49,274 nt of DNA from the NCBI GenBank assembly GCA_001303705.1, contig LJUI01000025.1, positions 1-49,274 on the forward strand. The letters are read 5' to 3'. The translations under genes and the position numbers were made by a program. Under the pieces are notes generated by a model that worked only from the letters and a program-made list of their open reading frames with translations, did no database searches and was not told the DNA's origin. This document shows, in pieces, positions 19,828-30,000 of the stretch. Source of the DNA: a candidate division TA06 bacterium SM23_40 (GTDB lineage: Bacteria; LJUI01; SM1-40). Each line of letters starts with the position of its first letter. Within the stretch, counting starts at the first letter, position 1.

Positions 19828-21033
19828 CTAGTGGATCAATGTGACGATCTTGAAGATCGGAAGGTACATGGCAATGACCATTCCGCCGACGATCACCCCC
19901 AGGAAGACGATGATTATCGGCTCGAGAGCGGAAGTCAGGTTCTCAACAGCCTGATCGACCTCCGTATCATAGAAGTCGGCGATCTTGTTCAGCATCTCAT
20001 CGAGGCCGCCCGTGGCCTCTCCGATCGAGATCATCTGCACGACCATGGGAGGGAAGACGCCGACGTTCTCAAGGGGACCAGCGATCGTCGCGCCTTCGCT
20101 GATACTCGCTCTAGCCTCCATTACAGCGTTCTGGACAACTTGGTTCCCTGCGGTCCGTGCTGTAATCTCCAGGGCCTCGAGAATCGAGACCCCGCTCGAG
20201 AGCAGCGTGCCGAGCGTGCGTGAGAACCGGGCGATCGCCGATTTCTGGATCAGCGTCCCCAGGACGGGCACTCTAAGGAGAATACGGTCTAGCGTGAGTC
20301 GACCCCGAGGCGACCGATAGAAGAACCGCAGGCCCACGACCAATGCCACCGCGCCAATGATCCCGGCGATGAACCAATGGCGGACGAAGTTCGATAGTGC
20401 AATCACGATCCTCGTGGGCAGGGGGAGTTCGGCACCCATGCTGATGAACATGTTCGCGAACGTCGGAATGACCGCCACTAGAATGATGGCAGTGGCGGCT
20501 ATAGCGATCGTCACGACGATGGCCGGATAGATCATGGCGCCCTTGATCTTGCGCGCCAGCGCCTCGGCCTTCTCCAGATAGTTGGCGAGCCTCACCAGTA
20601 TGATATCGAGCGCGCCTCCGGCCTCGCCGGCCTCGACCATGTTGACGTATAGATCGGAGAAGACGCGCTTCTGCTTGCGGAGGGCCTCTGCAAGCGTCAT
20701 ACCACCCTCTACATCGTGCATCACCTCGCGCAGGACCTTGCGAAAGGTTTCCTTCTCGACCTGCCTCGACTGGATCTCGAGACATGAGACGAGGGGGAGT
20801 CCGGAATTGATCATCGTGGCGAACTGGCGGGTGAAGACCGCCAGATCACGTGATCTGACCTTGCCGCCGCCAAGCAACGGGAGATGTATCTCCCGCGGCT
20901 TCTCGCGGATCGAACTGACGATGATCTTCCGTGCCCTGAGGGCGGCAACGACGGCTGCCTGATTCTCTGCCACTAGCTCCCCCGACGTGATCTTGCCGGA
21001 GGGCAGTGTCCCCTTCCAGGTGTACGTGGCCAT
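19828..21033 (-). CDS. pilC: Type IV pilus inner-membrane platform protein PilC (GspF family)
   Basis: FTRQFATMINSGLPL, AGEAGGALD, GAMIYP, LPLPT, FPPMVVQMISIGE, IAMYLPIF. Confidence 0.96.
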   Translation of the reverse strand: MATYTWKGTLPSGKITSGELVAENQAAVVAALRARKIIVSSIREKPREIHLPLLGGGKVRSRDLAVFTRQFATMINSGLPLVSCLEIQSRQVEKETFRKVLREVMHDVEGGMTLAEALRKQKRVFSDLYVNMVEAGEAGGALDIILVRLANYLEKAEALARKIKGAMIYPAIVVTIAIAATAIILVAVIPTFANMFISMGAELPLPTRIVIALSNFVRHWFIAGIIGAVALVVGLRFFYRSPRGRLTLDRILLRVPVLGTLIQKSAIARFSRTLGTLLSSGVSILEALEITARTAGNQVVQNAVMEARASISEGATIAGPLENVGVFPPMVVQMISIGEATGGLDEMLNKIADFYDTEVDQAVENLTSALEPIIIVFLGVIVGGMVIAMYLPIFKIVTLIH

Positions 21034-21039
21034 AGTTCG

Positions 21040-22134
21040 CTACCCCTTCTTGGTCGATCCCAGCACCACCGTCGGTGATCCGGTCTCGATCATCTTCTCC
21101 AGTTCATCCGGATTGGGCGAATAGTTGAGACCGTTCTCAAGCGAGATCTGACGCATGTTATACAGCTGGTACAACGACTGATTCATCGTCTGCATCCCGT
21201 ACTTCTGCCCTGCCTGCACCATGCCATAGATCTGGTGGACCTTGTCGTCACGAATCAGCGCGCGAATGGCCGGAGTCGCTACCATGATCTCCAGCGCCAA
21301 TGCCCGGCCACCGCGGATCCTGGGAATGAGGTGCTGGGTAAGCACACCCTCGATGACGAACGCCAATTGGGCCCGCACCTGCGATTGCTGATCTGCGGGA
21401 AAGACGTCGATGATTCGGTTGATCGACTCGGCGGCAGAATTCGTGTGCAGTGTGGCCAGCGTAAGGTGACCCGTCTCGGAAATCGTGAGCGCCGCCTGAT
21501 ACGACTCCATATCTCTCATCTCGCCGATCATCACAACGTCCGGATCCTCGCGCAACGCGTACTTAAGCGCGTTCGAAAAGCTCTTCGTATCGGACCCGAC
21601 CTGGCGCTGATTGATGATACACTTCTTGTGGCGGAAGACATACTCGATCGGGTCTTCGACGGTCACCACATGACCCTGACGGACACTATTGATGTAATCG
21701 ATCACCGCGGCGAGGGTCGTCGACTTGCCGCAGCCCGTAGGGCCGGTCACCAAAATGAGCCCCTTGGAGCGCTGACTGAGGTCGGAGACGACCGGCGGCA
21801 GCCCCAGATCCTGGAAGCTCCGGATGTCGAACGGGATGGTCCGCACCGCCATCGCCACACATCCGCGCTGCAGGAAGACATTAGCACGGAACCGCGATAG
21901 ATTCTGAATGCCGAACGAGAGGTCGAGCTCGTTCTCCATCTCGAACCGCTTCTTCTGCTCGTCGTTGAGCACACTGTAGGAGAGCTGTTCGGTCGCCTCC
22001 GGAGAAAGGACCTCATAGTTCGTGGGCATGAGCCTTCCGTCGACCCTGAAGACCGGCGGAGCGCCGGCCGTCAAATGGAGATCGGAAGCTCCCTTCTGAA
22101 CCATCTCCTCAAGCAACTGCCGGAGCGTAATCAC
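21040..22134 (-). CDS. pilT: Type IV pilus retraction ATPase PilT
   Basis: ASDLHL, RVDG, GPTGCGKSTT, EDPIE, GEMRD, HLTLATLHTNSA, AIRALIRD (AIRNLIRE-like). Confidence 0.96.
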   Translation of the reverse strand: MITLRQLLEEMVQKGASDLHLTAGAPPVFRVDGRLMPTNYEVLSPEATEQLSYSVLNDEQKKRFEMENELDLSFGIQNLSRFRANVFLQRGCVAMAVRTIPFDIRSFQDLGLPPVVSDLSQRSKGLILVTGPTGCGKSTTLAAVIDYINSVRQGHVVTVEDPIEYVFRHKKCIINQRQVGSDTKSFSNALKYALREDPDVVMIGEMRDMESYQAALTISETGHLTLATLHTNSAAESINRIIDVFPADQQSQVRAQLAFVIEGVLTQHLIPRIRGGRALALEIMVATPAIRALIRDDKVHQIYGMVQAGQKYGMQTMNQSLYQLYNMRQISLENGLNYSPNPDELEKMIETGSPTVVLGSTKKG

Positions 22135-22151
22135 TGGTCTTCGTCCTCCGT

Positions 22152-23861
22152 TCAGAATGCTGCAGTCTCTCGGAGCACTTCCTCGACGGTCGTGATGCCT
22201 GCTGTGAGCTTCCGCAGGGCATCCTCCCGCAATCCGATCATCCCCTCTTCTCTCGCCTCCTGGGCGATCGCTGCGGTCGACTTCCGCTCAAGTATCATGC
22301 TCTTGATCGTGGGAGATATCGGCATCACCTCGTACAGGCCGATTCGACCACGGTATCCCTTATTGCCACACTCGCCACACCCCCTACCCTTGTACAGCTT
22401 AATTCCTAGGTGCTCCTGCGGTTTCAGGCCGATATCCTCGAGCAGCTTCGGCTCCACCACGATCTCCTCTTTGCAGTTGGAACAGATGCGACGAACGAGA
22501 CGCTGCGCCTGGATCAGGTTGAGTGATGCAGCAACGAGGAATGAATCGATTCCCATATCGATCAGGCGGTTGACGGTGCTCGGTGCGTCGTTCGTGTGGA
22601 TCGTACTGAGGACAAGGTGGCCTGTCAGCGCTGCGCGAATCGCGATCTCGGCTGTCTCGGCATCTCTGATCTCGCCCACCATGATGATGTTCGGCGCCTG
22701 GCGCAAGAACGATCGCAGCACCGACGCGAACGTCAGACCGATGTCTTCGTTCACCTGTACCTGATTGATGCCACGGAGATTGTACTCGATGGGATCCTCA
22801 ACCGTGAGGATGTGCTTATCAGGACTGTTGAGCCGGCTGAGAGCCGAATAGAGTGTGGTCGTCTTCCCGCTGCCCGTCGGGCCGGTGACGAGCACGATGC
22901 CATACGGACTCTCGATCGCCTTGAGGAAGTTCTTGAGCGCCGCCTCCTCGAACCCGAGCTCGGTCATATCGAGCATGAGCCCGCTCTTGTCGAGAATACG
23001 CATCACGATCTTCTCGCCATAGAGGGTGGGAATGACCGAGACCCTGAGGTCGATGAGCTTCTCGTCGACGCGGACCCTGATCCTCCCATCCTGCGGAACG
23101 CGCCGCTCGGCGATGTCGAGATTCGACATTATCTTGACACGCGAGGTGAGGGGAGCGCGGAGACGATGGGGCGGTGACATTACTTCGTGGAGGACACCGT
23201 CGATCCTGAACCGAACGCGCATGACCTTCTCATAAGGTTCGATGTGAATGTCGCTCGCCCCAGACCGCACGCCGTCGGTGATGAGGAAATTGACGAGCTT
23301 GACGACCGGCGTCTCCTGTCCCAGGGCGATAAGCTCTGAGAGGTCCTCCTCCTCCCGCTCGGCCATCTCGCCCGCCTCGAGCACCTCGATGTCCTCACCT
23401 CCCCCCTCCTCTTCTCTGACCGGCGCCAGGTCCTTTCCCACGCCGTAGTGCTTGTTCAGGATTTCCTGGATCGCGGTCTCCGTGGCGACGACAGGCTGGA
23501 CCTCGAGTCCCGTGAGGAACTTGATGTCCTCAAGGGCGAAGAGATCTGTCGGGTTGCCCATAGCGACGGTAAGCAGTCTGCCCACACGCTTCACCGGCAC
23601 AACCTCGTACCGCTGGGCGACCTCCGGGGGAATGAGCCCGATGACCGACTCGTCGAGCGTGGCGGCAGAGAGCTCGACGGCCGGCACATGAAACTGCTCG
23701 CTCAAGAAGCCCGCCAGGCGCTCAGCGGAAATGAAACCCATCCGCACGAGGCTGGAGCCGAGGCGGCCACCAACGGTGTCCTGCGCCTTGAGTGCCTCCT
23801 CCAGCTGCTGCTGGGTGATCAGTTCCGCTTTTACGAGCAGCGCCCCCAGTCGTTCCGCCAC
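22152..23861 (-). CDS. pilB: Type IV pilus assembly ATPase PilB (copy 2)
   Basis: MshEN-type N-terminus, SDIHIEP, RFRIDG, GPTGSGKTTTLY, EDPIEY, GEIRD, HTND, Zn site CSNC/CGEC; AAGGAGG RBS. Confidence 0.95.
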   Translation of the reverse strand: MAERLGALLVKAELITQQQLEEALKAQDTVGGRLGSSLVRMGFISAERLAGFLSEQFHVPAVELSAATLDESVIGLIPPEVAQRYEVVPVKRVGRLLTVAMGNPTDLFALEDIKFLTGLEVQPVVATETAIQEILNKHYGVGKDLAPVREEEGGGEDIEVLEAGEMAEREEEDLSELIALGQETPVVKLVNFLITDGVRSGASDIHIEPYEKVMRVRFRIDGVLHEVMSPPHRLRAPLTSRVKIMSNLDIAERRVPQDGRIRVRVDEKLIDLRVSVIPTLYGEKIVMRILDKSGLMLDMTELGFEEAALKNFLKAIESPYGIVLVTGPTGSGKTTTLYSALSRLNSPDKHILTVEDPIEYNLRGINQVQVNEDIGLTFASVLRSFLRQAPNIIMVGEIRDAETAEIAIRAALTGHLVLSTIHTNDAPSTVNRLIDMGIDSFLVAASLNLIQAQRLVRRICSNCKEEIVVEPKLLEDIGLKPQEHLGIKLYKGRGCGECGNKGYRGRIGLYEVMPISPTIKSMILERKSTAAIAQEAREEGMIGLREDALRKLTAGITTVEEVLRETAAF

Positions 23862-23913
23862 GCCGTCCGCCTCCTTTCGTTCCTTCCCATCCGCTCTGTC
23901 GCGTCAACGCCTC

Positions 23914-25605
23914 CTAGATTACTTTCGTCTCCCGCACAACCTCATCAACCGAGGTGACGCCTGCCTTCAGCTTGAGGATGGCATTATCGTGCAATGTCCG
24001 CAGGCCCTCCCCTTTCCCGACCTGCTCTATTTTCTCGGTGCTATCCCGATTCAATATCATCTCCCGTATGCGGGGCGTGATGCCCATCACCTCGAATATC
24101 CCGATCCTTCCCCGATACCCGGTCCCCGAGCAGTGGGCACAGCCGCGGCCGGCATAGATCTGGGCTCCGTCAAGCGCCGCCGGATCGACGCCCATATCCT
24201 GCAAAACCTCGGGCTTGATGTCGATCGGTTCCTTGCAGTTGGCACAGATCTTCCTCAGCAGCCGTTGCGCCTGGATCAGATTGAGCGAGGATGCGATGAG
24301 AAATGGCTCGACTCCCATGTTGATGAGACGGGTGATCGTCCCGGCAGTGCTGTTGGTGTGAATCGTACTCAGGACGAGGTGGCCCGTCAGGGCCGCCCGG
24401 ATCGCGATTTCCGCGGTCTCCTGATCGCGGATCTCCCCCACCATAATGATGTTCGGGTCCTGCCGCAGGAACGAGCGGAGGGCATCGGCGAATGTGAATC
24501 CGATATCCTCCCTGATCTGAACCTGATTGACTCCGATGAGACTGTACTCGATGGGATCCTCGGCAGTAGTGATGTTGACATCCGGGGTGTTTATCTTGTT
24601 GAGGGCGGCATACAGAGTCGTCGTCTTCCCGCTCCCTGTAGGGCCGGTCACGAGAATGATACCATAGGGAACCTGGATCGCGCGCATGATCCGTTGGTAT
24701 TCGTCCTCCTCGAATCCGAGGGTTGCGAGATCGAACGAGATTGCCGAGCGGTCGAGGACGCGCAGACATATTTTCTCTCCGAACAGAGAGGGGACGGTCG
24801 AGACTCTCAGGTCGACGACCTTACCCCTCACCTTCACTTTGAGCCGGCCATCTTGAGGCAGACGCTTTTCGGCGATGTTCATCTTCGCCATGATCTTGAT
24901 ACGGGAAGTAACGGCGGCCCGCAGGCGAGCGGGCGGCGACATCACTTCGTGGAGATGCCCGTCGATGCAGTAGCGGATCCGTAGTTCCTTCTCGTATGGC
25001 TCGATGTGAAGGTCACTCGATCCCCGGCTGATACCATCTATCAGTATGCTATTGACGAGCTTGACCACCGGCCCGGTCTCGACGGCCAGCGCGATGTCGC
25101 TCACCTCATCGTCCTTCTTCTCCTTGTCGACGAGGGTGAGCTCATCCTCTTTCACCGCCTTCATCACCTGAGAGAGGACATCGGCAGCCTGATAGTACTT
25201 GCCAATCGCTCCCTGGATCAACCCCTCTGATGCGACAGCCGGCCGGACCTCGAAGCCCGTAACGAACTTGATGTCCTCGATGGCGAAGACGTCGCTCGGA
25301 TTCGCCATCGCCACCGTGATAACTTTGCCTACCCTCGAGACCGGAACGGCCTGATATTTCTGGGCGACGTCGGGAGGGAGAAGCTTCAGCACAGCCTCGG
25401 GGATCTCTTTGTACGCGAGATCGACTCCCGGGACGTTATACTGCTTGGCGAGGAACTTCGTGATCTCTACGTCGCTGACGAACCCGAGCTTGACGAGGTT
25501 GAAGCCCAGCCGGCCGCCGTCCCGCTTCTGGGCCTCCAGCGCCTCCTTGAGCTGCTCCTCGGTTATGAGCCCGGCCTCGATGAGCATATCACCTAGTCTC
25601 GGCAT
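23914..25605 (-). CDS. pilB: Type IV pilus assembly ATPase PilB (copy 1)
   Basis: MPRLGDMLIEAGLI... MshEN, SDLHIEP, GPTGSGKTTTLY, GEIRD, CANC/CAHC. Start ATG 25605 because the longer ORF would overlap the promoter. Confidence 0.95.
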   Translation of the reverse strand: MPRLGDMLIEAGLITEEQLKEALEAQKRDGGRLGFNLVKLGFVSDVEITKFLAKQYNVPGVDLAYKEIPEAVLKLLPPDVAQKYQAVPVSRVGKVITVAMANPSDVFAIEDIKFVTGFEVRPAVASEGLIQGAIGKYYQAADVLSQVMKAVKEDELTLVDKEKKDDEVSDIALAVETGPVVKLVNSILIDGISRGSSDLHIEPYEKELRIRYCIDGHLHEVMSPPARLRAAVTSRIKIMAKMNIAEKRLPQDGRLKVKVRGKVVDLRVSTVPSLFGEKICLRVLDRSAISFDLATLGFEEDEYQRIMRAIQVPYGIILVTGPTGSGKTTTLYAALNKINTPDVNITTAEDPIEYSLIGVNQVQIREDIGFTFADALRSFLRQDPNIIMVGEIRDQETAEIAIRAALTGHLVLSTIHTNSTAGTITRLINMGVEPFLIASSLNLIQAQRLLRKICANCKEPIDIKPEVLQDMGVDPAALDGAQIYAGRGCAHCSGTGYRGRIGIFEVMGITPRIREMILNRDSTEKIEQVGKGEGLRTLHDNAILKLKAGVTSVDEVVRETKVI

Positions 25606-25689
25606 GACCTCGTAACCCCGTGTTGACGCTACTAGACCGCTCCCCTCTGCCCGATCACCCCACCCGACCGGGCCACGGTACCTCGACAT

Positions 25690-25718
25690 ATTATAGGAAT
25701 GCATCTGCCTCGTGTCAA
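25690..25718 (-). promoter_or_regulatory. Sigma-70 promoter for the pil/glycan operon
   Basis: Minus strand TTGACA (25718-25713), 17 nt spacer, TATAAT (25695-25690): exact consensus, about 85 nt upstream of pilB. Confidence 0.9.
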
Positions 25719-25762
25719 GACCATTGGGCCAATCCGGGGAAAATCTCTTCCCCCCACCGCCG

Positions 25763-26170
25763 TCACTCGATCCCCTCGCGAGCTCCGCACCGGACGTGCG
25801 GCCGTATCCTCCCGAGGGTCTCCGGTCCGATGCCCCGGATCCTCAGGAGGTCATCGGGACTGCTGAACGGGCCGACCTCGTCTCGATAGGCAATGATGCG
25901 CGACGCAATAACCGGCCCAATCCCCGGCAGCTTCTCCAGTTGTCCCTCCGAGGCTTCATTGATGTCGACGCACTCTCCCTCCTCCACTTCGTTCGACGTC
26001 TCCGCGGGGCGAATGGATCCCGCCGCGCCCCGGCCCTGGCGCACGCCGACCAGATCCGGAGCAAAGGCCGGGTGACTCCGCTTATAGATAAGGATCGCCG
26101 ATCCGAGGAGAAGTCCTCCGATCAGCAGCGCCACGACCTTCTCTTCCCCGGGCGTGAGCCATGGCATCAT
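25763..26170 (-). CDS. comEA: ComEA-family helix-hairpin-helix DNA-binding protein with N-terminal membrane anchor
   Basis: VDINEAS..QLEKLPGIGPVIASRIIAYR...GPF....DLLRIRGIG; N-terminal TM. Confidence 0.92.
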   Translation of the reverse strand: MMPWLTPGEEKVVALLIGGLLLGSAILIYKRSHPAFAPDLVGVRQGRGAAGSIRPAETSNEVEEGECVDINEASEGQLEKLPGIGPVIASRIIAYRDEVGPFSSPDDLLRIRGIGPETLGRIRPHVRCGAREGIE

Positions 26171-27076
26171 GGAAGATTCCTCTCCCCCTGGGCTTCCTGC
26201 CCGTAGATTACGTGTGTCAGCAATTCCCCGACGATGGCCAGACTCTCCTGACTACACTTGTCTGGAGTATCCTCGAGCGTGTGCCAGTAACGGTAGTCGA
26301 AATCTATGACGAGTACGCACGGGATTCCAGCCCTCAGCAGCGGTATGTGGTCGTCCCAGACCGCGTACTCCACGTCCGGATGGAATGCCTCCAGTCCCAG
26401 ACGGTCTGCCGTGTTCCAGACCAGATCGACCACCGGTGAACAGAGTGCAACCGAATAGTGCTCCTTGTAGATGGCGAGATCGCTGTCGCCGATCATGTCG
26501 ATGACTATGCCGAAGCGGGGCCGATACGCGCCCATATTGGCGGCGAAATGGGTCGATCCGAGAATGTAGCGGTCAATGTCGCCCTCCTGGCCATAGTCCT
26601 CCCCGTCGAATAGAATGATGTCGACGCCTACCGGCGGCGGATACTCGTGGAGGAGCCTGGCGATCTCCAGGAGCACGGCTACTCCTGAGGCACCATCGTT
26701 GGCGCCGAGGATGGGTTGCTCACGAACGAGCGGATCAGGATCCCGATCCGCCCTGGGCCTGGTGTCCCAGTGCGCTCCCAGCATGATCCTCTGCCGTCTG
26801 TCCGGCAAGAACGAAGCGATGATGTTTGTCAGGTCGAATGTCATCCCTGCGTCTTCGTCTGTATATTGGAATGTCTGTTCCTGCACGACTTCAGCAACCT
26901 GGCTCAGTTCGCCTACGAGGAGGCGTCTCGCATCATCGTGTCCCGTCGAGCCGGGGTGTCGCGGTCCGAGTTCGGTTTGTCTGATGAGGTGCCGGTAGGC
27001 CCGCGTCCCGTCGAACGACAGATGTGAGCCACCGGATGAGCAGGCGCCGTCGCGATGATGTGAGCAGTACGTACAC
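26167..27076 (-). CDS. M28-family zinc metallopeptidase / glutaminyl cyclase-like lipoprotein; 5' end frame-disrupted
   Basis: GAHWDTRP, GANDGASG, FDGEDYG, DMIGD, DDH, YWHT. The frame stays open upstream of the called start (26886) through GAC-SSGGSHLSFDGTRAYRHL...GPRHPGSTGH, but has no in-frame ATG/GTG/TTG; the nearest GTG (27076) is out of frame. Confidence 0.8.
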
Positions 27077-27099
27077 GCCCCTCTACTTCCTCCTGGTTG

Positions 27100-30000
27100 T
27101 TAGAACTTGAACTCGACAAATACCCTTACCTCGATCGTCTTGAACGTCCGGTCAGCCTGATTGTCCCGTCGCCTCGTGTACTCCCCGCTCAACCCACCCA
27201 CAACACTCGACGAAAAGTTGTAGCTGGCCTGGGGCACGATCGAGAGCGTATTGATATCCACCTCTATAACTGGCGCTGCGGCGAGGCCCTTCTGTACCCT
27301 CGTCCGGACCTGAGTGCTATAGCTGGCCATGAGGGAGAAATCGAGATTTGATGTGAATCTGAGGCGATTGCGCACAAAGGGCAACCGCAGACCGCCCGGT
27401 GCGCTGAAAGAATAGTTTGCAGTGAGACGGATGTTCCTGGTCTCCTCCTGAGAGACTGACGAGATCTGAGTCATCGTGTTGACGTTTTCGACTTCGGTCC
27501 GCGTGTAGTTTGTCGAGAGATTCGTCCCGATCCCCTGTCGCCACCTCGCCTGCCATGCAATAAGTGGAGAGAAGCTGTTTACCTCGGTGATGTAGTCAGA
27601 TGGCTCCCCGACGTAGCCGCGTCGCTCGGTGCGGCGCATATATGAAGAACTCAATGTCGAAGATGTGACGAGCCCCCTGAATATCTGAAATCTCTCCACG
27701 CGGCCCCAGGACAACGAGAGGTCGGGCCACGTCGCCGAATGGCCCTCTCTTGCCCTCCACCCGGCAGTCTCGGCTCTGGAATCTGTGCGATGTGTTGCCA
27801 CACTCACGTTCACCGTACCCATCCGCACCCCGCTCGATAGGCGGTACGAGTTCGATACACTCCTCGAATCCTCCGACAGCCCGCGATAGCCTTCGTACCG
27901 AGGAACGTCGCCGGAGGAGCGCGTCAGGCCGATCTGGTATCTGAGCGACGGGCGATCGAGCAACCCGTACGCCCTCGTCTGGCGATCCTGGGTGTATGAC
28001 GCCTGAGGGCTGGTGATGTTCCGCGACCACTTCTCCGCCTGCATGGCCAGCCAATGGGGGGACCCTGGCCGGGCAGAGGCATCCTTCGCCTCGTCCCGCA
28101 GACCGGTGAAGATGCGGACGAACTCGGGAAAGTTGAGCCCGAGACGCACCTGACTGGTGTTGGCATTACTGGCATTGCGCAGATCGAGAGAATCGGTGAG
28201 GACGCTTCGATTGGGATGATCCTCCGCATATCGTGTCGAATACGAGAACGTATGGCTGAGAATCCGCGTGAGAGTGGGGGAAAACGACGTTGTCACGGTC
28301 TGGGTTCTGTTTACCTCGCTCCCGATGTTCCTGTTGAACCGCCGCTTCTCGAGCTCGAGATCCCTGATCACATTGAGGCTGTAGCTCCCCGTCAGGCTGG
28401 GGAAGGGTCGGACGTCCACCTTGGTGTTGCCCTTCACGGCCCTGGACCGGCTCCTGCTCGTGATCGGTCCTCCCGGGTCGGTCCTGCTCTTCCGCCACTG
28501 CTCGGTGTAGCCGGTGCCGAGAGAGAAGCTCGTTGGTGTGTACAGCAACTCGAGACCGCGCGGGAGACGGAGCGGACTGATACGCGGGCTGTAGGAGTAG
28601 TTCACAGCGGTGGCATAGGTCATGCTCGTATCGACAGACGTTGGCGAATATCCAACGTGCTGGCTCACGCTTCCGGACGCCGTGAGATGGTCGAGGGTGA
28701 GCTGGGCGAATCGATTGAGCGAACGCTTCGGCTTGCGGAACGAAGCACTGATCCTTCGATCGCGTCTCTGTGTGCGCTCCTTCCTCGCCTCGCCTGCCGT
28801 CAACTCAACGTCATCTCCCTCGCCGAAGCGCGGCAGACTCTGGCTCTCATCCCAACTTCCGGAGAGCGGGAGGGTAATCCCCCATGATGCCGGTAGAAAC
28901 CGCTCGAGCTGAAGCGTGCCATCCACATTGAAGCCGAGCCGGGTCGCTGATCTCCCGCGCCCGCCTCCTCCTGTCTGGCGGGCGGCCCAGTCGCTCATGG
29001 AGTAGAAATCGCTCTCACGCCTGTCAACAGTCGCATTCAGCGATAGCAGGTCGGCGAACTTTGTCTCGATCCTCGCCCGGGCAGCGGTGCCGACCCGCCG
29101 CACCACTTCCGTGAGCCGTACGTCATCGACCCACAACTCGCCGCTCACCGGATTCCCACCGGGCTGATCCCGGTTCTCGACGCCCAGGGCCAGCCATTCG
29201 ATGTTCGTCAATGATGGGCTGCCGCGAACCACGTACGGGCCCTCCGTCGCGTAGCGGCTCCCTGTTGAGTCGAGAGGAGTCTCCTGTTTCAGCCTGGTGA
29301 GCTCCCGCAGATCGACAAACAGTTCTTGCCACCCCGACCACGTCACATCGACCTCGTACCCATAGTAGTTCGCCGAGTCCTCTCCCACGCGATAGAAGAA
29401 GTGGGATCCAGAGGCATCTCCGTAGACGTACACCCGTATCTCTCTGTAGTCAGTATAGTCGTCAGAGGTGAACAGAGATCGGTAGGCGAGCCCCCCGTGC
29501 CCGACCTCGATGTCCTGATACTGGAGCACGAGGGAGCCCTCTGTCATGCGCTTGCCTTCGCGATCCACCCCGGGATCGTAGGGAGGCTTGTACTCCGGAT
29601 CCTCCCGGGAATTGACCGTCGCCACTTCGAAGCGCTCGTACTCCTGGACGGGAGCGGCTCCGCCCACAACCGGGATCACGCCTTCATTCTGCCAGCGATT
29701 CCCCACGACCTCGAGGCCGCCGATCAGTACGGTATCCTGCTCAGCCAAGCCATCCAGCCAGAGCCTGGCGAAAATGATATGTTCCCAGTCAGGGGCGCCG
29801 ACAACCGTATCGAGTGCTGCCGTATCCGTGAGTGGTACGCGATAGAGCGTCCACCCTTTCTCGTTCTCCGGTATGGCAACGAACTGCGTGTCTTCGAGAT
29901 CGATAGTGAATTCGAAGTAGTCATTACGCCTATTGAGGCCGTTGTCTCGGTTCAAGTTTTCGGTATCGAGGCGTCGGTTGTTCTCTGTCCGATTGAGTTT

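Noticed and set aside
23731-24984. 417-aa plus-strand ORF
   Set aside because: Antisense to pilB
23895-25630. 8-mer GTTGACGC upstream of both pilB copies
   Set aside because: Opposite orientations, short, and no -10 partner; could be chance
25606-25704. 33-aa N-terminal extension of PilB in the ORF track
   Set aside because: Overlaps the consensus promoter; the MshEN domain starts at ATG 25605
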